DNA of 64,000 bases from the human T2T-CHM13v2.0 reference genome, Homo sapiens (GCF_009914755.1 NC_060925.1); one strand, 5' to 3'. Positions 1 to 10,494 are shown, counted from the first letter of the stretch. Numbers and translations: made by a program. The notes: a model not told the origin generated them from the sequence alone.

Positions 1-92
1 CCCTCAGACATTCAAGGAGAAAGGGCATAGACTCCACCTCTCTATGGGAGGAGAACTTAAAGAATTTGTGATAATGTTTTAAAATTGCCACT
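1..92 (-). mobile_element. MLT1-type (MaLR) LTR 5' end, truncated by window edge
   Basis: ctccacctctctatgggaggag...aaagaatttgtgataatgttttaaaattgccac resembles the reverse complement of the MLT1E/F-like start TGTGGTGGTTTTAAAA...CACAAATTCTTT. Confidence 0.7.
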
Positions 93-1952
93 TTTTGTGG
101 TGGAGAATATTGCTGTTGCAGAAACTTGGTCAAAGATCATCTCCAATTCTAGGTGCCATATCTAAGTTTGACCCATCCCAGTCAATCATTCAGCAAAGGC
201 ACATGGCATGTTCTCTTCTATTCTGGAAACCAAGAAGGCAGGCAGGAGGCTGGAGCCCTGCAATACTTGCAGAGACAGTCACCTCCTTTCTGTGAACCCA
301 GGACTATCCATTCTCCGCTTGCACATAAAAGTTTTTTCTTCTTTAAAAACAAGAGCAGCTTATGGGGATCACACTAGTTGGTCTGATTATCCTAAGGATA
401 GTTGGCCAGCTTATCCTAAGGAAATCCTGGGTTCATGATTCTACATTTGATGCAGTGAGAAAGCCTTGTCTCCTGGACCAAAGGTTGACCTGGGCAGCAT
501 GGCCATGGTCCTCATCCTCAGCCTGATGCACAGTGGAAGCCATGGTGGGACCCTCGCTGCCTCTGAGCTGATCTTTATCCCTTTGATGGAGATGATCTCT
601 GCCCAGGGGGAACAGGCTTCTAAGTAGGAGGAGAGGGAGGTGCTAACCACAGAGGCTGCCCAGCTGAAGTTTTTCCAGTGTCATCTGCTCTCTGTGTTCC
701 TGGCCAGGCCTGGCCCTGGAAAATCCCCATTGTTCTCCACAACCCTATATAGAACCCCGGTCTGAAGTGTTCCAGACTCAGAATGTAGCCCCATCCTGGC
801 CCAGCAAAAGCCTGTGGTTTAAGAGCTTTTCTGTTAGGGTGGATTTAACAACCGAGTTTCCAATTGATTTCTAGAGGGAAGTGGGGATGGATTTACAGTT
901 CCTAAAATAGGTTTGCAGCCTTGATGTGAATCTGTACGAGAAAGCAGTGGGCAGGAAGTTATCGATGTGACCTCTGACCCTGGGGAGGGAAAGATAATGA
1001 GGGGTTTATGATAAATCCATCTTCTTGGGGTTTATCGCTAGGCCCTTAGATATATGACTTGGTGCAGACAAGTGGCTCTCCTAGTGCCACAGGGAGGAGG
1101 ACTGTGAGGCATGAACTCCAGGAAGTAAGCTTCACCCGATGTCTTCCGCCCAGGCTCTCAGAAGACTGGCTCTGCCCTAAGACCTCTGGCTTTGCAAAGG
1201 GTTGAAGTCTGCAAAGTTCCTGGGAACTGCACAACTTGAGTCATCTCTGGAGACCTGGGGGCTGGCTTCCCCACCTGCCCTCCTGAAGGCCCCAGCTGGC
1301 CCTTCTGTTCCTGCAGTGCCCTCCCCATGGTGGGGTCATCGATCTCCCTGCAGGCTTCGAGAACAAGGCAGGGAGGAGGGAACCACCTTGGCTGTGGGTT
1401 TGGGAACAGATGGGCCCTGGGTTTGAATTATGTGGGATTCTCCCACTCACTAGCTGTGGGGCCTCGGGGAGTTCCATGCCCAACCTGGCAGTTTCCTAGC
1501 CTGTGCAATGTGGGGTGAGATTTCCCTCCAAGGATGCTGCAGGATTCAATGAGATGAATGTGTGTTGGGAGCCGCACAGCACTTGGCATGGGTGGGTGGG
1601 ATGTGGGACCTGGACAAAGACAGATCCAAGTTAGAGCCAACTCTGATGGCCATTATCTGTGTGATCCTGGACACGTGTCTCAGCCTCTCCCGGGCTCAGT
1701 TTGCCCCACTGTGAAGTGGGAATAGAGTCGTCGTCATGACAAAGGGGCAAACGAAGATCAGGTGCTCAGTGCCATGATGGGCGTGAGGTCAGTCATCTTT
1801 GGACAGTTTTGCTACCCCCTTCTCCTGGGCACTGCCTGGGCAGCAGATGCCGGCCTGGCCCTGAGCCTGTGCAGACAAAAGCGAGGGACTCTTGGTTCCT
1901 GCCTACGTCTTGTGCTGATAAAACTGAGAAGATAAAGCAGCTTCCAGGATGG

Positions 1953-2090
1953 TGCAGTGGAGAGCGGGTCAAAGCACAGGCGTCTGAATCCTGGGTCAGC
2001 AATGTCACCAGTTGCAAGGACTCAAGGAGGCCACTTTCCCTCTCTGAGCCTCAGTTTCCTCATCTGTAAAATGGAGAGGATGATGAAGAT
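1953..2090 (+). mobile_element. MIR SINE
   Basis: MIR core ctctctgagcctcagtttcctcatctgtaaaatgg at ~2040-2073. Confidence 0.85.
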
Positions 2091-2124
2091 CCCAGACATG
2101 ACACAAGGTAGATGCTTTCTGTGT

Positions 2125-2285
2125 GCAACCCTACAACAGCCATGCAAAGCAAGCATTATGGGCGGTCCCATTTCACAGGTGGGAAAACTGAGGCTTAAAC
2201 AGGGGAAATTCCTTGCTCAAGGTAACTAGGACATGGTGGAGGCAGGATGTGAACCCAGGGATTCTGGCCCCAGGCGCACACTCTG
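2125..2285 (-). mobile_element. MIR SINE
   Basis: Reverse core cccatttcacaggtgggaaaactgaggctt and B-box-like ggatgtgaacccagg. Confidence 0.8.
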
Positions 2286-2447
2286 GTCTGCTCCTTGGGG
2301 TTGCTCTGAGGATCCCTAAGATGAAGGCCGAGGTTGGGCTCTGCAAACTCCAAAATGCTGCGGAAAGACCAGACGCAGTCCCTTCTACGGGGGATGGAAT
2401 TTCAACCTGACAGGTGTGGCTGGACCCTGTAGACCGTGAAGTGCTGT

Positions 2448-2668
2448 GATAATTGTTACCAACATTTCTTGAGCACCACCTAAATGCCAGGCACCGTGGC
2501 AACACTTTACGTTCAGCATTTCATTAAATCTGCTGTGAGGTGGGAATCGTGAGTCCACCTCACAGATGAGGAAACTGAGGCTCAGATGGTAAAGCCCCTT
2601 GGCCAAGGTCATACACAAACTGGAATGTCAACACAGGTCTCTCTGACTCCAGAGTCCAAATTCTTACC
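2448..2668 (-). mobile_element. MIR SINE, near full length
   Basis: ttgagcacc...tgccaggcac...cagatgaggaaactgaggctcaga...tctgactccagagtcc. Confidence 0.9.
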
Positions 2669-3377
2669 TGCAGGAACATTATTCTGTCCCTGTCCACATT
2701 ACTCCTAAACGTTAGGACATGGCTCAGGATGTTCTGCTGTGCCCACCTGCTGTTTAGGTGAAGAAGATGGGCTGAGGTCAGAGTTGGGTGACCGTGGGGC
2801 CTGGAGTAATCAGGGCTTCCTGGAAGGGGTGGATTACATGCTGAGGGTGGAGGGGTGGACAGGGCTGACTGGCCTCTGGGACAGAGAAGGTGCTGGGGAG
2901 ACTGAGCTCTGACTCTGTGAGGAGCAAGTGTGGGGCCAGGTTGAGGGTCCAACCCAGGGCTCATTTCGGGACAGAGGTGGGGTCTTCCAGAGTCACTCAT
3001 GTGGCTAGAAAATGCCCAGACCCGACTGCAGGCTCTGATGTTCCCCCAGTATCTTTCGTTGTCAGAATAGCTGGCTTCTTCCTCTTGTTAAGAAGTTGCA
3101 TGTTTTCTCATATTTCAAAGTCACGGTTTTATCAATTTGGTGTCTCAGACCACACAATCAGGAGGTGAGTTGTAGCTTTCTCCTCTGCCGTATACTCAGT
3201 TTTATTGACTTATCCTTCCTCATTTTTCAGCAAGTAATTCTTTCCATGAGCTCCCATTGATTTCTGGATTGAAATATTTCTTGATGCACTTTTTAATGAG
3301 AGTCCTGTCTCAAGTGCACTAGCATCAGGTTAGAGCATTTCACTTTGAGCCTCTTTCATTGTAAAAACAGCATCAGT

Positions 3378-3815
3378 TCCCACTGGGAGAGTGGTGTACC
3401 CTTCTCCTGGTCCTCACTGGAGCCATGTTGTGTACCATCCATCTGGGACCCTAGCTGCGATGACAATGTACCCTTCTCCCAGGGGCCTCACAGGGGACAC
3501 AAGTGCCCCTCCTTCTGAGGTCCTCCTGGGGACATCTGTGTCCCCTCCTTCTGATCCTCACTGGGGAGGTCTGTGCCCCTCCTCTTGATCCTCACTGGGG
3601 ACGTTTGTGCCCCCTCCTCCTGAGGTCCTCCTGGGGACGTCTGTACTCCCTCCTCCTGGTTCTCACTAGGGACTTCTGTGCCCTTCCTCCTGGTCCTCAC
3701 TGGGGAGGTCTGTGCCCCTCCTCCTGGTTCTCACTGGGGACGTCTGTGCTCCCTCTTCCTGGTCCTCACTGGGGACACCTGTGCCCCTCCTCCTGGGATC
3801 ATCATTGAGGACATT
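3378..3815. repeat. Minisatellite/VNTR, ~34-bp unit (TCCTCACTGGGGACGTCTGTGCCCCTCCTCCTGG), about 12 copies
   Basis: cctca/cctgggg motif recurs at ~3486, 3522, 3556, 3590, 3627, 3661, 3695, 3729, 3764, with degenerate copies from ~3378. Confidence 0.92.
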
Positions 3816-4079
3816 TCATCTGTCGTGTAAGAAGCTTGAGCCCAGGGCCAGGCAGGTGGCAGCTGCTCCACAAACACCAGCTCCTCACTGTCCTCAAGGG
3901 GATCCCTCCCTAGCTGGGTGTTAGTGCAGGTGCATCGTGCAGGGCCGGTCAGTGTCGCCCTACATGGAGTGTCCCCACTTCCCTCCTGCAGTGTCATTGT
4001 CAGCAAGCATTCATTGAGCACCAACCGTATGCCAGGCCCTGTGCTTAGCCCTGGGCTCCCAGAAGATTCTTCTGAAATG

Positions 4080-4593
4080 AGGATTGGTCACATCCCTTTC
4101 CTCCTGACCCTTCAGTGGCTTCTCCTTCCCTCCAGGATCAAGTGCAGACCCCCCACTGCTGCTCCCAGGCCTGTGTGGCCCAGCCCTCGCCCTCCCTCCC
4201 CTCCCTGCTGTCTCTCCCATGGACACTCGAGCGCTTTGCTGCCACAGGGCCTTTGCCCACGCAGTTCCCTCCACCTGCAATGCCCTTTCCTGCTCTCCTC
4301 TACTTGGCCGGTCCCTTTGATCTTCATCAGCTTAAATGTGACCTCTCCCCCCACTGCCCCACAGACTTGGCTCCCCTCACCCCAGCTTCTTGGCATTCCT
4401 CTGGTTTCTCTCAGCACCTTCTGTAATTCTTTCCTTGGGGGTTTACTGGAATCACTGTTGCTCTCACTAGTCCATGAGCTCCAGGCGGGCAGGGGCCTCA
4501 TGGGTCCTGTTCCTGGGTATTTCCAGGGCCCAGCACACGCCTGGCACAGGGTTGGTGTCTGGCTATGTTCCCTGTTGAGTGGCTGAGTAAATG
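4080..4593 (+). mobile_element. L2 LINE 3' region
   Basis: cagggcctttgcccacgcagttccctcc...gagctccaggcgggcagggg...cccagcacacgcctggcacag...tgagtaaatg, typical of an L2 3' end. Confidence 0.85.
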
Positions 4594-5689
4594 CAGACCT
4601 GGCCCCAGGTCTGGGTCAGTCAGAGGCTGGAGGTGGGGCCTGGGAGCCGCCCTGATGCTGGCAGGACCACCATAGACCTGTGACTGGTGGCGTTGAGGGA
4701 TCCGTCCCACAGGGACTAGCCTCCTTGGGGAACTGGGGGCTGGGGAGTCGGCCTCCCCGCCCCCTCCCTCCTCACAGTGGTGTTTACCTTCTCAGGTGAC
4801 CTGGCTCTGTGCAGGGCATGGGCTGGGCCTGGGCTGTGCTGCAGTGATCAACGGCCCTGCGCCCTCAGCAGGAGCAGGCTCCTGCCTCTGCCTGGGTGGC
4901 TCAGGGTGGGGCTCGGGGCTCTGCTCACTGCAGTCTCTCACCTCTCACCTGGACAGGGCTTCATGCAGCAACAGGAAGAAGGCATCAACCCTGCCCTGGC
5001 CCTTTTTGCCCCTCCTGGAGGTGACACACGCCGCCGCCTCTCACAGCACAGTGGCCAGAGCCAGTCACGTGGCCACATCTCCCTTCAGATTCAAGTGCAT
5101 TCAGCCACTTGTCAGGAATGTGGGAGCTGGTGATGTCGGGTGCAGCACTCAGAACTTTCACCTGTGTCCCTGGCTGGGCCGAGAGCTACTGAGGGCAGTG
5201 TCCCCCATGTCTGCAGCTCCATCGTGCCTGTTCGGGGCTGAGCGCAGAGCAGGAGAAAGCAATGCCCTGTGCAGTCCAAATGGACAAAGGCTGCCCCTGC
5301 CCTGTGCCAGGGCCTGTGGGCCCAGAGGTGATGACACAGCCCCGAAGTTGGGGAGTGAGACCTGCGGGAGTCACCACCCAGTGCCCTGAGGGCAAAGCTT
5401 TGTCCTTGTGCTCCTGCCCGGGGCAGTGAGTGTGGGTGGTCATACCCTGACTGCGGGTCAGGCTCCCCGGGGCCGGCCCCTCCCCCAGCCTTACTCGCCC
5501 TCAGCTGCCCATGCTGTCACTCCAGGTGAGACTGAGCTATGTCCCTTGCCTGAGTCTTCCCTGCCCCCACTCTTGCCTCTGAGCCTATGCCACTGCTGTT
5601 CCCTCTGCCCGTGCACAGCAGGGACCTGGGAGGACTCGGGAACCAGGCCCCCTCGGTCTGAAACCTGGCCGGGTGGGTGACCGGATGAT

Positions 5690-5845
5690 GAGCAGTTCCT
5701 AACCTCTCTGTGCCTCAGTCTCCTCATCTGTAAATGGGGGTAGTGATAGTGTCTCCCTCACTCTCACGGGGGCTACTGTGAGGATTTAATACAAGTAAAC
5801 GCTTAGAACACAGCCCCAGCACGTGGCAGGTGACAGCAGCGAGTG
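5690..5845 (+). mobile_element. MIR SINE
   Basis: taacctctctgtgcctcagtctcctcatctgtaaatgggg...tgtgaggattta. Confidence 0.88.
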
Positions 5846-6649
5846 ATGGTCAGTCCCCACCCTCCACGTCTGCCTAACATCTCACCCTCGGGGCTCAGCA
5901 TAGACGCTCCTCCCCGGAAGACATCTGGCATCTCTGCATCCCCAGTGCCCAGCACAGGGCCTGGCACATGGAGGCTCCAGCTGTCCCCAAAGGCCACTGA
6001 GCCTGACGCCCCCTTCCAGGGACATTTGCCTCCCAGTCAGCACCACGGGAAACCAAATGCCTGAGGTGAGTGGGCGCCAAGTCCTGGTCCCTGCATGGCC
6101 CTTTGGGGACATCTGGAGAAGGCTGGGACTCTCCTGCACTCGGAGCTGCCCCTCCCGTGTGTTGGGGGGTGCAGCTCATCACATCTGCTTATGTCACATG
6201 TTTGGGCCATTTCTCCTCCTGTGGTTGGCACAGCACGAGTGTCCCGTGCAGCTCTTTTGGGCAACATCAGAAATATTTTGATATGGCCTACGAAATAGAC
6301 CTTTAGGATTCCAGCAGTGCCAGGGAACTCAGTGGTGTTTGAGACAGACACCCTCACTGTGTCTCTTCGAAGTCTCAGTCGGTACTAAGCCGGGAGGGGC
6401 GGGGACATGGGCGTTGCCAGGCATGTGACTTGGCAATGAGATGTGGGATTTGTGCATTTTGACACTAGGCCGTGTCTAACTGTCCACCTCAGATCTCTGG
6501 CTTTGCAAATATCAATAGGGTATGTTTAGCTATTTCAGGCACTTAACCTCTTTGGACCTCAGTTAAGAGCTTTGGAGCCTAAACATAGATGTAAATCTCT
6601 GTTCAGCCGCCCATGAGCTGAAGGAATGGTTGCTGGTGCCTGCCCTGTT

Positions 6650-6800
6650 GTGGATCAAGTGCTGAGCTGGGCTTGGGGACACAGGGGTGGGCAGGACAAG
6701 GCCTCTACCCTCAAGGAACTCACAGACTGGTATGGACCGGGGGTGAGAGAGGAGAGAGAGGCCCCTGACCAAACTCGGCCAGTCAGGAAAGGCTTTCTAG
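6650..6800 (-). mobile_element. L2 fragment
   Basis: ggggacacagggg...ccctcaaggaactcacagactgg...agtcaggaaaggcttt. Confidence 0.65.
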
Positions 6801-6803
6801 AAT

Positions 6804-6902
6804 TCAGGGCCTCAGCATACTGCTGCACAGGCTGTGCACTGCACAACTCACACATGGACATGCCGTGAAGGGCGCCCCCTAGAATGTGCAGGCAGCAGCC
6901 CT
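6804..6902. mobile_element. MER91-like hAT DNA transposon remnant
   Basis: CAGGGC...tgcacaggctgtgcactgcacaac...ggcgccccctagaatgtgcaggcagcagccct; terminal CAGGGC/GCCCT inverted ends. Confidence 0.55.
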
Positions 6903-6960
6903 CCCAGAGCACATGCTAGAGCTGTGTTTTGAAGGATAAAGAACTGGTGCAGAATTGTAA

Positions 6961-8236
6961 CACCACCACCACCACCGCCACCACCACCATCACTACCACT
7001 GTCACCACCACCATCACCACCATCACCACCACCATCACCACCACCACCACCATCACCACCACCATCACCATCACCACCACCATCACCACCACCACCACCA
7101 TCACCACCACCACCATCACCACCACCATCACCACCACCACCACCACCACCATCACCACCACCATCACCACCACCACCACCATCACCACCACCACCACCAT
7201 CACCACCACCACCACCATCACCACCATCACCATCACCACCACCATCACCACCACCACCACCATCACCACCACCACCACCATCACCACCACCATCACCATC
7301 ACCACCACCATCACCACCACCACCACCATCACCACCACCACCATCACCACCACCATCACCACCACCACCACCACCACCATCACCACCACCATCACCACCA
7401 CCACCACCATCACCACCACCACCACCATCACCACCACCACCACCATCACCACCATCACCATCACCACCACCATCACCACCACCACCACCATCACCACCAC
7501 CACCACCACCACCATCACCACCACCATCACCATCACCATCACCACCACCACCACCACCACCATCACCACCACCACCATCACCATCACCATCACCACCACC
7601 ACCACCACCACCATCACCACCACCACCATCACCACCACCATCACCACCACCACCACCATCACCACCACCACCACCATCACCACCACCACCACCACCACCA
7701 TCACCATCACCATCACCACCACCACCACCATCACCACCACCACCATCACCACCACCATCACCACCACCACCACCATCACCACCACCACCACCATCACCAT
7801 CACCATCACCACCACCACCACCATCACCACCACCACCACCGTCACCACCACCACCACCACCACCACCACCATCACCACCACCACCATCACCACCACCATC
7901 ACCACCACCACCATCACCACCACCACCATCACCATCACCACCACCACCACCACCACCATCACCACCACCACCACCACCATCACCATCACCATCACCACCA
8001 CCACCACCGTCACCATCACCACCACCACCACCACCGTCACCACCACCATTGCCACCACCACCATCACCAGCACCACCACCATCACCACCACCACCACCAT
8101 CACCATCACCACCACTACCACCACCACCACCACCACCACCACCACCGTCACCACCACCACCACTACCACCACCACCACTACCACCACCACCACCATCACC
8201 ACTACCACCACCACTACCACCACCACCACCACCACC
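6961..8236. repeat. Long trinucleotide array (CAC)n interrupted by CAT [(GTG/TGG)n on minus strand], ~425 triplets
   Basis: Directly visible; triplet phase is kept throughout, as shown by uninterrupted poly-T/I, poly-G/D and poly-V/M ORFs. Confidence 0.99.
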
Positions 8237-8392
8237 TCTTACTGAGGGCTTTTGCTGTGCCAGGCACTGCCTGTGCCATCTCACTTCATCCTGAAGCAGA
8301 TTTCCCATTTCTCCAATGAGGACTCTGGAGTCAGAGAACAATTCGTCTGAGGCTACACAGTAGTGAGCTCCAGAATTTGAACCTGGGCTGGT
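8237..8392 (-). mobile_element. MIR SINE abutting the CAC array
   Basis: ttactgagggcttttgctgtgccaggcactg...cccatttctccaatgaggactctggagtcagaga...agaatttgaacctggg. Confidence 0.75.
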
Positions 8393-8455
8393 TGGGGCAG
8401 AGACTCCTGTGGAGCAGGTGAAATCTGATGTCTGGCCTGAACCCTGGGTGTACCA

Positions 8456-9164
8456 TGTGGTGTATGTTGTATTGTGTGTGTGGTATGCTGTGGTGTGGCA
8501 TGTTGTGTGTGGTGTATGTGCTGTGGTGTGTGATATGCTGTGGTATGGTGTGTTGTGTGTGCATGGTATATGGTATGATGTGTTGTGTGTATGGTGTGTG
8601 TTGTGTGGTGTGGTGTGGGATATGCTGTGGCATGATGTGTTGTGTGTCTATGATGTGGGGTGTGTTGTGTGGTATGGTGTGTGTACTGTGGCATGTGATA
8701 TGCTGTGGTAAGTCGTGTTGTGTATGTATGGTGTGTGTTGTGTTGTGTTGTGTGTGGTGTGGTGTGTGGTATGTTGTGGGTGTGTGATATGGTGTGGCAT
8801 GGTGTGGTCTGTTATGTATGTGTGGTGTGGTGTGTGATATGCTGTGGTGTGGTGTGTGGTATGTCTGTGCTGTGTGGTGTGGCATGTGATATGCTGTCCT
8901 GTGTGATATGCTGTGGCATGGTGTGGCCTGTTGTGTGTGTGTGGTGTGGTGTGTGGTATGCTGTGGTGTTTGATGTGCTGTGGAGTGGTATGGTCTGTTG
9001 TGTGCGTGTAGTGTGGTGTGTGGTATGTGGTATATTTTGTGCTCTGTGGTGTGTGCTATGGTGTGGCATGGTGTGGCCTGTTGTGTGTATGTGCTGTGTG
9101 CTGTGGTGTGTGATATGCTGTTGTGTGGTGTGGCCTGTTGTGTGTGTATGTGTGGGGTGTGTGT
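8456..9164. repeat. Degenerate TG/TGTGG-rich simple repeat with recurring GTGTGATATGCTGTGG and GTGGCATGGTGTGGCCTGTTG modules
   Basis: Directly visible; gatatgctgt module at ~8532, 8619, 8697, 8836, 8888, 8905, 9112. Confidence 0.95.
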
Positions 9165-10494
9165 TTCTCTCACACAGTTGCTGGGTGCTGGGCAGTGGGT
9201 CCCCTCCCAGTGGCTCCACCTGCTGCACCCTCCGTGGTTTTGGGTTGGCCTCCAGGGTGGGCTCAATCAGTGGACAGGGATCTGGAAGCTCCAGGAGCCC
9301 CTTGTTGGAGACCCTGTCTCTGGGAACCGGAGATGCTGCTCTGGCAGACCAGGTGCCTGGCCTAGCCAATGGTGCTGCTGTGAGAGGGATTTCCAGGGCC
9401 TTCCCCGAGGGCACTGGGTGGGACAGGGGGGTGGGTGTTGTAAGAAGGTTCTGGAAGGAAGGAGCGCCATCCTGATCACCCCACACCCTTGCCGCAGGTT
9501 CACCAGAGCCCTGCTGGGGGTACAGCACCTGGGCATGCTGTGGGGTTTCTGTTGCCCTGTTTGCCTTCCTGCCACCCTTCACCACCTCCTGACCTGGGAG
9601 GGTTTGGGGCACAGGCTTTCCCCAGGGCAAGTGGGGGGCAGCTCCAGGAGGCCAACTGAGCCTCCTACCTCTGGCCCAGGTCCCTCCCTGATGCCAGGCG
9701 ATCAGGGCAGCAGGGTTGGTGGGCAGCGTGGGCTGGGGTGCATGGCTGCGGACACCCGGAGTCAGTGCTGGGAGGGACTTGGCGCCAAGTGGCCTCTGGA
9801 ACCTGGCTTTTGTTTCTCTCTCTTAGAGATTCCAATTTCCGGGGCACTTTTTGTCTGTTTTAATTCTCTTGTCTTTCATTGCGCTTTCTCTCTGGGTAAT
9901 CCGAGGCTTGCTGGCAGCTAAATACGATGTGTACATTAAAATGAAATGCAGCAAATATAATTGAACTTATTTCCTTCATGTCTGAGCAGTGGATTAATCT
10001 CTCTGCTGCATCCCTATTTTCTCTTCACTTCCTTCTCCTTTTGTCTGAGGTTTTCCTCCCCTCCCCAGAACCTCTGGGACTGAATGGCTCCCTGGCCCCT
10101 GCTCATCAGAGATACACACATGATCCTAACAGTATAGCCCATGACCCTGTGATGGATAAACCATGTTCCCAGGGCGAGGGGAGGGAACCGCCAGTGTCCT
10201 CGTGGGCCTGGGAGGGGTCCCCACTGATGATGGGGAGGGTGAGGTTCCGCAAGTGGGACGGGGAGGGGTTTCCCTGGGTGCAGAGACCCTTCCGGGCACA
10301 CACTCCTGGTGGGTCCTTCTGTTGCTCTAGAGCTGAGACTGTAGATTTGTGATGCTGACTTGCAGCCAAAACGGCTATCGGGGTCCCCAGTGGGCAGTGA
10401 ATTGGCAGGGACACCCCGGACGTGGCTGTGAGCTCAAGTTCAGGTCAGGAGGGGAGCCAGAGGCATTGGAGGAGGTGAGCAGGAAGGGTGTCAC

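Noticed and set aside
1953-2285. Inverted MIR pairs (also 31070-31395) as hairpin RNA or miRNA precursors
   Set aside because: Copies are highly diverged, and opposed neighbours are expected at this MIR density; no long perfect stem seen.
3378-3815. 34-bp repeat as a CRISPR array
   Set aside because: Units are head-to-tail with no unique spacers, there are no cas genes, and the DNA is primate.
3918-4586. 222-aa Pro/Leu/Ser-rich ORF
   Set aside because: Lies over L2 remnants, has a non-ATG start and shows no protein family features.
4796-5389. 197-aa ORF
   Set aside because: GTG start, low-information composition typical of GC-rich non-coding DNA, no recognisable homology.
6010-6350. Possible decayed DNA transposon (also ~37615-37960)
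   Set aside because: Only vague resemblance to hAT-type elements; I could not identify termini or a family.
6916-8245. Poly-Val/Met (439 aa) and poly-Thr/Ile (438 aa) ORFs as mucin-like or membrane protein genes
   Set aside because: They are reading frames of the (CAC/CAT)n repeat, with no signal peptide, domain or exon context.
8331-9921. His/Thr-rich and Cys/Val-rich ORFs of 250-313 aa
   Set aside because: Products of the TG-rich simple repeat plus GC-rich flank; overlapping on both strands with no recognisable domain.
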